Shown here: positions 1 through 10,505 of the stretch, piece after piece
Numbering within the stretch: position 1 is the stretch's first letter
How the letters are laid out: every line of letters begins with the position of its first letter
Assembly (NCBI GenBank): GCA_038087875.1
Contig: CM075988.1
Location: 15,874,001-15,938,000 of the forward strand
Origin: Malacoraja senta
Lineage: Eukaryota
Direction: 5' to 3'
DNA length: 64,000 nucleotides
The notes under the pieces: model-generated
The model's database searches: none
Told to the model about the DNA's origin: nothing
The model's input: only the letters and a program-made list of their open reading frames with translations
Position numbers and translations under genes: made by a program

Positions 1-2
1 TC

Positions 3-1595
3 TTTGTCTTTTTTAAGTATTAGTGTGATCGTTGATTCAGCTAATGTATCAGGTAATATTTGTTTTTTAAAAGCATATTGATACACTTTTTGTAATCGTG
101 GTATAATTTTGTCATAGAAGCTTTTATAAAATTCATTTGTAAATCCATCAGGACCTGGTGTTTTTCCATTCTTTAATGAGTTTATTGTATCTTCTAATTC
201 CTTAATTGAGATTTGTGCACCCAATTCCTCTTGTTCCTTCAACTCTAACTTTGGAAGATTACAATTATCCAAGAACTCTGTAATTTTATTGGAGTCAGTT
301 GTCGTTTTAGATGTATACAAATTCTCATAAAATTGCGCAAATCTTTTATTAATATCCTTCGGTATGGTTAATAATTCCCCTCTATCTGATTTAATCTTTG
401 GGATCGTATGTTCTTTTTCTCCTTTTTTTAGCTGGCGAGCGAAAAGTTTATGTGGTTTATCCCCAAATTCAAAGTGCTCCTGTTTTGTAATTTGGAAAAG
501 TCTTATAAGTTTGGCTGATAATAGTTTATTTAATTTAAATTTCAAAATTATTATTTTATTATGTTTATCTATTGATGGATCTTTAGCATTATCTGTATCC
601 ATTTGTCTAATAAGTTCTTCTAACTGTCTTTGTTCATTCTTATTCTTTTTATTTTGAAAAGCTTGATATGAAATTATAATACCTCTAATGAATGCTTTAA
701 AAGATTCCCATAGTACAGTAGGCGATATATCTGGAGTGTCGTTTATTTCAAAAAAGGCGTCCATTTGTTCTTTTAAATATATACTCGCTTGCGGATCTTT
801 TAGGATTTGAGAATTAAATCTCCAAAACGATTTATTCTTAGACATTCCTTCCAGTTTTAAAAAGAAAGTTAGTGGTGAACGGTCTGAAATCGAGTTTGTA
901 TGGTATGCTGGGTTCAAAGTATGAGGGATTAATTTTGTATCCACCAGGAAATAATCTATACGTGAGTATGTTTTATGTACCATTGAATAAAACGAGTATT
1001 CCCTGCCAGTTGGATTAGCAATTCTCCAAACATCTGCTATATTAGTATTGTTTATATAAGTATTTAAAAGTTCACCGGTTTTAGATTTCGTATTCCCTCT
1101 CTGTTTTTGGCTTGATTTGTCTAAATACGGATCTAAAACACAGTTAAAGTCTCCTCCTATTATAACATTTTGATAATTAAACTCTGCGATTATGTTCAGA
1201 ATTTTATTGAAAAAATGAGGGTTGTCAAAGTTAGGCGCGTATATATTTACCAAAGTAATTGGAGTATCATGAATTTCTCCATTAACTATCAAATATCTCC
1301 CTTCAATGTCTGTTATGGTATTCTTTGCTTTGAATGGTATACCTTTTCTAATAATGATTGACGTACCTCTAGATTTCGAAGTATATGAGGAATGGTATAT
1401 TTGACCTATCCATTTCGCCCTCAACCTAGCTTGATCCTGAGATTTTAGATGAGTTTCTTGTAAGAAGATAATGTCAGAATTGTACAGTTTCAGCTGAGCT
1501 AGTATCTTACCCCTTATAATAGGTTTGTTAATACCTCTTATATTCCAACTGCAGAATGAGACTCCTCCTAGGTTCTTTTGTTTAGCATCTTGCAT
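3..1595 (-). CDS. L1 ORF2 (APE endonuclease and start of RT region), partial
   Basis: Manual translation begins MQDAKQKNLGGVSFCSWNIRGINKP...DIIFLQETH; the same frame at the window edge reads LPDTLAESTITLILKKDK; no stop-terminated fragment appears in the ORF track. Confidence 0.85.
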   Translation of the reverse strand, partial: MQDAKQKNLGGVSFCSWNIRGINKPIIRGKILAQLKLYNSDIIFLQETHLKSQDQARLRAKWIGQIYHSSYTSKSRGTSIIIRKGIPFKAKNTITDIEGRYLIVNGEIHDTPITLVNIYAPNFDNPHFFNKILNIIAEFNYQNVIIGGDFNCVLDPYLDKSSQKQRGNTKSKTGELLNTYINNTNIADVWRIANPTGREYSFYSMVHKTYSRIDYFLVDTKLIPHTLNPAYHTNSISDRSPLTFFLKLEGMSKNKSFWRFNSQILKDPQASIYLKEQMDAFFEINDTPDISPTVLWESFKAFIRGIIISYQAFQNKKNKNEQRQLEELIRQMDTDNAKDPSIDKHNKIIILKFKLNKLLSAKLIRLFQITKQEHFEFGDKPHKLFARQLKKGEKEHTIPKIKSDRGELLTIPKDINKRFAQFYENLYTSKTTTDSNKITEFLDNCNLPKLELKEQEELGAQISIKELEDTINSLKNGKTPGPDGFTNEFYKSFYDKIIPRLQKVYQYAFKKQILPDTLAESTITLILKKDK

Positions 1596-2487
1596 TTTGA
1601 ATAATTATAGTACCTTTAAATCTTGTGGTGCATCCATATCCCAGGTCTTTGGGTATTGGGGGAACCTTTAAATTTCTAAGTTTTGTTGGCATATCCCTTT
1701 TACGCTTATCACTAAACACAAAACACAAACATGTGAGTTTATGTGATAATAATATATATTTTTTTTAAATTTGAAAAAGTGAAAATACAGTGTCTAAATT
1801 AGTCGACACTGTAACAAGTGGCCCACCTGTAGGTGGGAGAAAACCTTGTTTCGACTTCCATTGTTGGTGTTAAACAAATAACTCCGCTCTCTTGGTTAAT
1901 CATAACATATTAGAACGGGGCCTCACATTCAGATATATGATACAAATTTACCGTATATATTTCATTATAACATATCATATATATATCGCAATTTTAGCTA
2001 CTAATTATTAAACAAATGATTTTAGCTTCAATAATAGTCAACTGTTGGTTGAAGGGGTTAACGAAATGCGCCCCTGGACCTAAGCCAGGTGCCCGTTTCT
2101 CATCCCCTCCTCCCAGTTATAGATAAGGTTTGGATTTAGTAAAAATTTATATTAGTTTTATTAGTTCGTTATTTTTTATTTTTATTAGCGTCCGTTACTA
2201 TTCTAGTCTAATATTGATAACTTGTTAAATTGTTAGGTTGTTAATAGGATCAATTCTTACAATTGGATTTAATATTATAATCTATTAAACAATTAATGCT
2301 TCTGGTATAGTCCATTCTCTTCAGTTCAGCTGTTTACTTCGTTTGGAACACAGAATGTCCTTGAGTCAAAATCCTAAACAGTCTCGCCATCCTAAACAAA
2401 ACACTGCTTGAAATGGTTCTGAGCTGCCAAACCTCCATTAAACGTGGAATTCTAATAAAAAAAAGGATGAATTCATACCATTAATTT

Positions 2488-3549
2488 CTACTTTTCAACG
2501 ATGCTCTGGGCATATTTGTACGCCTCCTCCAGTTTTACAAATGATCTTTCACGACCATTAAAAGAAATACGCATTTTGGCTGGATAAAAAACACCGTATC
2601 CGACACCTTGTTTCCCTCTTAAAAGTCCTTTTGCCTTTCCGAATTGATTTCTCTTTTGTACAATTTCATACGGATAGTCCCTGAATATTTTGATAATGTC
2701 ATTATCCATCCGTAATTGCACTCCGTATTTAATTTTGCTCATCACCTCTTCCAGTTCTGAAATGTCCCGGAATTTCACAATAATATTGTGTGGTCTTTTC
2801 CCGCTTGAGATCTCGGTTTAAATCTTGGAACACGATGAGCCACTTCAATTTTCGGTTCTTTGGAGAGATTAAGCAGTTGTTTAAGTAAGTCCATGGCAAA
2901 CTCACGAACGTCCTTTCCCTCAGTTCCCTCTGAGACTCCAAGAATACTCAAATTCTGGCATCTAGAGCGAGCTTCCAGGTCCAGGCATTTATCTGAGACT
3001 TTCCCCAGTTGAGTCGTCATCTGTACTGAAGTTTGTTCATATTCTTGCTTCCTTTGATCATGTTCTTGCCTCATTTTCAACGTCTTCAACCACTCGAGCC
3101 ATATTTTTCTCCAATTCCATGATTGTAGCCATACTTGCAGCTACTGTTTCAAGCACAGCCGTGAACCTGTCCGTAGTAACTTTTTCCATCTTATCAATTC
3201 TCCCCGATAGTCCATCTTTCGCATCATCAATTCGTTTATTTATAGTATCCAGTGAATCAGCCACCTTCAGATTTCCAGCATTCGAATCCTGCATCATCTT
3301 TTTGATTTTTTCCATCATTTGTCCCATCAGAGTTTTATTCTCATCCATAATTTCATCTTTCATATCCTTCACTGATTTCTTCAAATCCTCAAGTTCTTTA
3401 TCCTTAGTCAGCTCTGTCTTAGATCTTGTATCCATTTCTACAACCACTTCAGAAACTTCAGAGGTACCTTCTCCTTCAGGATTCTTCAGTTTTTTCAGCA
3501 GCTTTTTAACTGTTCTCTGAGGGCTCTTGGCTGGAGACAGTTTACTCAT
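2488..3549 (-). pseudogene. L1 ORF1 (RNA-binding protein), frameshifted into 3 pieces
   Basis: ORFs 3058-3549, 2775-3089 (DLEARSRCQNLSILGVSEGTEG...IEVAHRV) and 2488-2778 (IKIFRDYP...VFYPAKMRISFNG). Confidence 0.88.
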
Positions 3550-3879
3550 TTAAAAGTCTTTAAGCCACCGTTTAAAACATCGTGCTTACTGATGACGTCA
3601 TCAGCCCGGCGACCAGAAGCTCCGGTAAGGTTTTTAATCCAATTCCGACTTATGGACCCGTTTTTACGCGAAAAATCGCAAAATTTTTCGAGAGCGGAGC
3701 TAGGTGCACGTCTGTTAATCTAACATGGCGCCACCGGAAGTCATGATCGTCACATTTAATACAACTTTGCCATAACAGGCCTCCTTTCTGTTTCATCAGA
3801 TGCATCAAAGAGTGAAATTGGTCAGAAAGGCTCCTAAATCATTAAGATATTTGCCTGGATTTTACAGCAGTGCAACTAA

Positions 3880-4200
3880 TGAAGCTGTTCTTTCACAGCT
3901 CCATTAACCTGGGTTCAATCCTGACCTTGGGTGCTGTATGTGTGGAGTTTGCACTCTTCCCCTGTGCCTGCATGGGTTTCCCCCAGCTGTGGCTGTTTTC
4001 TCCCAACTGAAAGAAAAATGTGCGTCTTAGATTAATTGGCCTCTGTAAAATGCCCAGACATGCGGGTGAGAGGAAGAATCTGGGGGGAATTGATGGGAAT
4101 GTGGAGAGAAGAAAGTGGGATCAATGTTGGGTTGGTGTAAATAGGTGCTTGATGATCATTGTGGACTAGGTGGGCAGAGGAGTCTATTTCTGTGTTGTCT
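3880..4200 (+). mobile_element. tRNA-derived SINE (V-SINE/HE1-like), degraded
   Basis: B-box-like GGTTCAATCC followed by TGTGTGGAGTTTGCAC...CCCTGTG core shared with copies at 15290 and 35455. Confidence 0.7.
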
Positions 4201-4412
4201 GTTTAAGTAGGGATACAATTGATTATTTGTTTAAGTTCAAAAGAACTGCACGGTCTAAGAAAGGGAAGCAACCAGTCTTCTGAAGGTTGGTCAACACATT
4301 TTGGTTAATCTTCTTTCCGTGAGGTGCTTTGGAAATTGCAAATATGATGAAATTGCTCTAAATGCAAGTTGTTATTTGGCCGACTTTAACTGACTCTTTT
4401 TTCTCTGTGCAG

Positions 4413-4710
4413 GTCAGACAGTGTGTCGCAGGGGAGTTGAGCGACCATGTTACAAAATCGCCTACTATAAAGACGAGTCACGCAGGTTGGGGTTCAAGGA
4501 GGCGGAACATGCATGTCAAAGCGATGGCGGGGTCCTGCTCAGCATTGAGTCCGAAAATGAGCAGCAGCTCGTTCAGAAGCTGATCCAAGGCTTGTCTGCT
4601 GGTGACGGAGATTTCTGGATTGGACTCTCGCGGAGAGAGAATGGCAGCGAGAGTTCAGCAGATTGTCCAAGCCTGTACCAGTGGCTGGATGGGAGCGATG
4701 CAAAGTTTAG
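4413..4710 (+). CDS. LAYN: layilin coding exon, C-type lectin domain N-half
   Basis: ttctctgtgcag acceptor and AG|GTGGGC donor; GQTVCRRGVERPCYKIAYYKDESRRLGFKEAEHACQSDGGVLLSIESENEQ...DGDFWIGL. Confidence 0.95.
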
Positions 4711-5365
4711 GTGGGCATCCTTCTACTGTTCATGGTAGATACAGCTAATATTGGAGTTATTATCAACCTTGTCACTGCTGTTATGCTATGTTCCACCATG
4801 TTTAGTTTAATTTTGTTTGGAGATGCAACATGCAAACAGGCCCTTTGGCACACCGAGTCCACACCGGCCACCGTTTACCCGGTCCCACTAGTTCAATTTT
4901 ATCCCACTTTCTCACTCCCAACACATTAGGGGCAATTTACAGAGGCCAATTAACCTCCAAACAGCATTTATTGCACATTCTCAGTTACCCTGAGAAGTTG
5001 GTGGTGGGTCTTAAACTGAGTGGTTCTTGGCTGAACATTGCAATTATAGCTGGCTCTCACATTCAGTTCTCTTCAGTCTCTGGGTTTTGCTCGCTCGCTC
5101 ACTGAGTCCGTCTTGTGATGATGGACAAGTATAGGTCTGAGCATTTAATTATTCTACCTAAGAACAAAGAAACAAGTCATCATAACACAACATAAAGTAA
5201 GCCCAGCTCCCACTGTCATTAGACCCAGGAACTGTTTGACTGGGAATTAGAATCAGAGAGGAGAAGATAGAAACCCTGGTGTAAGTGTGCTCTCAATCTA
5301 AGATGACATTCCCATTGTTGCCCATTGTCAAATTGCCATTAGTCGACAACTGTTGCTTCTTTTAG

Positions 5366-5523
5366 GAACTGGTATGTGGACGAGCCATCATGTGGCAGTG
5401 AAGTGTGTGTCGTGATGTATCACCAACCCTCTGCATCTTCCGGCATGGGAGGCCCGTACTTGTATCAATGGAATGACGATCGATGCAACATGAAAAACAA
5501 CTTCATCTGCAAGTATGCACCAG
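5366..5523 (+). CDS. LAYN: layilin coding exon, C-type lectin domain C-half
   Basis: cttcttttag acceptor and G|GTAACC donor; NWYVDEPSCGSEVCVVMYHQPSASSGMGGPYLYQWNDDRCNMKNNFICKY; phase matches the previous exon. Confidence 0.95.
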
Positions 5524-7219
5524 GTAACCCTGCATGCTTGGGGAAACATTCGGCCAAGAGATCCGAATTCAGAGCTACCTGTCTGTCCCAGGCTGTATGA
5601 GCAGCTAGCATGTCCATGTGTAGTTGCTGGCAAGAGAATCAGAGGTTCTGTCCCCTGCTCCGGAGTGACCAGATTTGGTACACAGCGCTGGCCCAGCTCT
5701 GGAGGGAGATCAGGCCTGTGGTGGAAGAAGCTTAAGGAGGTTCTAGGGAGGGTGTTTTGTCTTTGGTGGTGGTTGGCACAAGAGTTGGGCTGGGGCAAGT
5801 GGAACCAGCCCTCTTCAATTTCTGGCATGGAGATGGGGAGATGAAACGGCAGTGGTGGGAAGGGGTGGGATCAGAGCTGGGAGTGTGACAGGACTGCCAG
5901 CTCCTCTCCAGATCACATACCATCTTGACTGATATATACTCCCAATCCTTCATCAAGGACTAAGGAAGGGGTTGACCTCTGGGGAAAGGCTGAGGCTGAG
6001 CTTTGCTGTGCCTGGGAGCATCTCACAGAGTCAGCTGTAGAAGGGGCTAATCCAAGGTTCACAGAGGTTTGGGGTGATTTTGATAGTGGATGGCTGGAAA
6101 TTACGGGCTGAGCTCTGGGGGTGGAGAGCCTTGGCTGGGAAAGGGATTTTCACCTGCTGATCTCTGATGCCAACTATATATATTTTTTTCAGTTCTGAGT
6201 TGTGAGTATCACTGGCAAGGCTGGCATTTATTTCTCATCCCTAATTGCCCTTGAGTGAGTGGCGTTGGGCCAACCTTTAGATCCACTGTAGTCCTACCAG
6301 TAAACATACTCCCACAGTTGACTTGGGAGGCCCAGGATTTAGACCGGTGATGATGAAGGTTTGGTAATATAGTTCAGAATCAGGATGGTGTGTAATTTGG
6401 AAAGGAACCTGCAGGTGGTGGTGTTGCTATGTGCCTGCTCCTGTCCTTCTCGGTCAATGAGTGTGCAGGTTTGTGAGGCACTGTTGGAATAGCCACAGCC
6501 CGTAACTGCGGTTTCCGTGTGTTTTTGCTCCTAGTTCGAGTTTCTACAATTCCGAGTCCAACCCTGACTCCTTCCCTGAATCGGACCCTAATTCCCTCTG
6601 GAGATAATAGATCTGATGCAGGTAAGTAATTAAGTTTATTGGCCAAGTATTCACATACAAGGAATTTGCCTTGGTGTTCCGCCCACAAGTAACAACATGA
6701 CATACAGTGACAGTTACGTATGACTCAGAAAACATTAAACATTAATAATAATAAAAAACATTAATGATAAAACACCATTGATCAAGCATGTGAACCAACT
6801 AAATACCAGATCAAAGGGAGGCTACAGATTTTTGGCTGTTGAGTAGAGCAACTACTCGTGGATAAAAACAGTTTTTATGTCTGGCTGTGGCAGCTTTGAC
6901 AGTCCGGAGTCGCCTTCCAGAGGGAAGTGATTCAAAGAGTTTGTGGCCAGGGTGAGAGGGGTCAGAGATTATCTTGCCCGCTCGCTTCCTGGCCCTTGCA
7001 GTGTACAGTTCATCAATGGAGGGAAGGTTGCAGCCAATAATCTTCTCTGCTGATCGGACGATTCGCTGCAGCCTCCAGGTGTCGTGCTTGGTGGCTGAGC
7101 CAAACCAGACCATGATGGAGAAGGTGAGAACAGACTCTACGATGGCTGTGTAGAATTGGACCATCATTGCCTGTGGCAGATTGTGCTTCCTCAGCTGCCG
7201 CAGGAAGTACATCCTCTGT

Positions 7220-7430
7220 GAATGTGTGTGAATGTGTGTGATTGGCGGTGGTCGGAGGGGCCGTAGGCGCAGATTAGCAGCCACGCTTCCGTCAGTCTGC
7301 CCCAGGGCAGCTGTGGCTACAGAAGTAGCTTACCACCACCGAGTGTGACTGAGGAGTGAATGAATAATGCGATGTAAAGCGCCTTGAGTATTAGAAAGGC
7401 GCTATATAAATCCAATCCATCATCATCATC
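7220..7430 (+). mobile_element. 5'-truncated SINE with L2-type tail nested in the Rex LINE
   Basis: Interrupts the AQQRMYFL codons; TSD TCCTCTGT at 7212-7219 and 7432-7439; ends AAAGGCGCTATATAAATCC...(CAT)n. Confidence 0.85.
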
Positions 7431-9029
7431 GTCCTCTGTTGTGCCTTTTTGACTGTGGAGTCGATGGTAGCCCCCCACTTAAGGTCCTTGGAGATGATGG
7501 TTCCCAGGAACTTAAAAGACTCCACAGATGTGACTGTGGTGTTCTTGATGGTGAGTGGGGTGAGGGGAGGGGGCTCTCCTAAAGTCTACAATCAGTTCCA
7601 TTGTCTTAAGAGCATTGAGCTCTAGGTTGTTGCGATGGCACCAGGATACCAGCTGTGACACTTCCTCTCTGTAGGCAGACACCTCCCCATCCTGGATCAG
7701 TCCAATCAGGGTTGTGTCGTCCGCAAACTTGAGAAGCCTGACAGAGGTGTCTGTGGAGGTGCAGTCGTTGGTGTAGAGAGAGTAGAGGAGAGGAGAGAGT
7801 ACACAGCCTTGCGGTGCTCCTATGCTGAGTGTTTGTGGGTCCGAGATGTGCTTTCCCAGCCTCACATGCTGCTTCCTGTCTTTCAGGAAGTTGGTGATCC
7901 ACTGACAGAGGGGTTCAGGCTCGGTCAACTTGGAAAGTTTGGAGTGTAGTAGCTCTGGCACAATGGTGTTGAATGCAGAGCTAAAATCAACAAACAGGGT
8001 CCTCGCATAGGTCCCCTGGCGGTCTAGGTGCTGTAGGATGAAGTGCAGGCCCAGGTTGACTGCATCATCCACAGATCTATTGGCCCGATATGCAAACTGC
8101 AGAGGGTCCAGCAGGGAGTTTGTGATATTTTTCAGCTTGGCCAGCACAAGCCTTTCGAGTGTCTTCATGACTACAGAGGTCAGTGCGACAGGCCTGTAGT
8201 CATTAAGACAAGTAATCCTTGCCTTTTTGGGTACAGGGACAATAGTGGAGACTTTGAAGCAGGCAGGGACAATACGTGTTTGTAGGGACTGGTTAAAAAT
8301 GTCTGTTTAGACCGGTGCCAGCTGTTTGGCACAGAGCTTAAGAGTAGAAGGGGAAACATTGTCAGGTCTTGGAGATTTCTGGCTCTTTTGTCCTCTGAAA
8401 AGCCTCTCCACCTCCTCTATTTTTATTGTTGATATTAGATAAGTTATGTTGTGCAGCACAGAGGGTGTGGATGATTGGGTGTGAAGTGGTGATTGGAGGG
8501 GGTAGGGTGTAGAAAGGCACAGTCTTTGCAAATTGAGGTCAGGTTGTGAGTGGGTGTGAAGTGTTGGTTGGGGTGGGAAATGGTCCAGTCTTTTCATACT
8601 GGAGTCTTGCCTTAAGTAGGTGTGAAGTGGTGAATGGGAAGGAGAGGGTGCAGGGTCAATTCTCTGTAGACTGGGGTCTGGCTGTGTTGGTTGAGGAGGG
8701 GGGAGGGGGTACCAGGGTTATGTTTCTGATTTTCAAACCTGCAGTAAAACTCATTCAGGTCGTTGGTCAGCTGACGATTGTCCAAAGAGCGGGGGGCTTT
8801 CCTCTTGTAGCTGGTAATTTCTTGCAAGCCCTTCCAAACTGAAGAAGAGTCACTACCTGAGAACTTGCTCCTCAACTTCTCAGAGTACCTTTCCTTGGCA
8901 GCTCTGATTCCTCTTCTCAGCTTGTACTTGGCCTGCCTGTAGAGGTCTGCATCCCCGCTCCTGTAGGCCTCATCTTTAGACCGTCGGAGCTGTCTGAGTT
9001 CTGCAGTGAACCAGGGCTTGTTGTTGTTG

Positions 9030-9283
9030 GCCGCGGGACTTATTTTCCATCGCCCGCCAGGGGCTCTGACTCTGACATCGGGAGGAGAATGGGGAGTGCA
9101 GGGGAGAGATAAGACTTTGCCTTCCATCACAGAGAGGAGGAGATTCGCTGTGATGGATGTTTGTGTAAATTGTGTTGTGTCTTGGTTCTTTTTACTTGTT
9201 TGTATGACTGCAGAAACCAAATTTTGTTTGAACTTCATTTGAGGTTCAAATGACAATAAATGGTATTGTATTGTATTGTATTG
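9030..9283 (+). mobile_element. 5'-truncated short retroposon nested in the Rex LINE; same family as 22805-23548
   Basis: Interrupts the TRTWF|NNNKPWF codons; shares GCCTTCCATCACAG...CTGTGATGGATGTTT; ends AATAAA plus (GTATT)n. Confidence 0.8.
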
Positions 9284-9769
9284 AACCATGTCCGGGTCTG
9301 AGATGTAATGCAACTGTCCTCGCAAAAGCTGACATATGATGATACAGTGTCCGTATACTCATCGAGGCCTGTGGTTGCTTACCTGAACACATTCCAATCA
9401 ATGCAGTCAAAGCAGGATTGTAGGTTCTCAATGCCCACCTTTTCGTTGTTCTGACCACAGGCTTAGCAGCTTTTAGTTTCTGCTGTAGGTCGGAATAAGG
9501 TGAACTATGAGAGAGAGACCCAGACCCGCCCGTGGAACAGAGCAATATGCGTTCTTGATTGAGGTACAACAGTGATCGAGTAAGAATCAATGTATTCACT
9601 GGCTGAGCGATAGGGTTGGCGGGTGTGACTGTTTGAGGAACAAGGGAATGGCATGGGGGTGGAAGGTTGTCAGGGGAGGAGGTGGGTGAGCTGACACTGT
9701 CCCTAATGGTGAAAGGTTTCGTCTATGAATATGATGAGTGCAGGTATTGGGTCATGGTTAATTATTGTC

Positions 9770-10000
9770 AGACACTAAGTGCTGGGGTGACTCAGTGGGC
9801 CAGGCAGCATCTCTGGAGAAAAGGAATAGGTGACATTTCGGGTGGCAAACCTCCTTCAATGGTTCTGAGTCTGAAGAAGAGTTCCGACCCAAAACGTCAC
9901 CTATTCCTTTTCTCCAGAGATGGTGCCTTAACCACTGAGTTACTCCAGCATTTTGTGTCCATCTTCGGTATAAACCAGCACCTGCAGTTCCTTCCTACAC
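9770..10000. mobile_element. Penelope-derived short inverted-repeat element
   Basis: Arms CAGCATCTCTGGAGAAAAGGAATAGGTGAC and GTCACCTATTCCTTTTCTCCAGAGATG; degenerate hammerhead core at 9871. Confidence 0.75.
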
Positions 10001-10505
10001 ATTTATTATTGTCATGTATACCAGGATACAGTGGAACTCTTGTTTTGCATGCTATCCAGCAGGTTATACCATGCACGAGTACAATCGTGCCATTCGTGAG
10101 TACACATAGACGGAGATTTGAAAGAACGGAACAAATGTAGAGGATATATGTAAATCCTTTGAGGCCAGCATGCAAAGAGTCGGTGCTATCTTAAACAAGG
10201 GCCATAGATATTTAGGTAAATCTTGTTTATCATGATTTTGTCATATAGATTCTGATCATGTAGACTTTGTGCACCTTGAATGAGTGAAGTATTTCCCGTT
10301 TCTAATACAAAGTGGTAATGTGAACGCAGCACATCTATGGATGACATTACAATCTGATTTCACTCCTCCATCTCCTTTGTACCTTCACAAAACCACACGT
10401 GACATGCAGATTGCTCCCATTATAAGTGGATTGCTTATCTGTAGAGTGGTAAAATGATGAAAACCCGATTGCATAACGTTGTGGAACAGGTTAGCACGCG
10501 AACGG

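Larger units (their letters stand above)
1..3742 (-). mobile_element. L1-clade LINE, 5' part (5'UTR, ORF1, spacer, ORF2 N-terminal half); runs off the window start; antisense in a LAYN intron
   Basis: Minus-strand 5' end GACTTCCGGTGGCGCCATG; ORF1-like coiled-coil and RRM/CTD fragments; ORF2 with APE endonuclease motifs. Confidence 0.92.
6621..9507 (-). mobile_element. Rex1/Babar LINE, 5'-truncated, with two nested SINE insertions
   Basis: RT motifs [53 protein letters not shown]-terminal LPSGRRLR; AATAAA plus short tandem tail near 6621. Confidence 0.92.

Noticed and set aside
3880..4200. tRNA genes
   Set aside because: A/B-box-like motifs belong to SINE heads; no cloverleaf supported
4413..5523. 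assignment to chondrolectin (CHODL)
   Set aside because: The cytoplasmic exon has layilin-specific IRKQSEADL and ESGWVENxIYGY motifs
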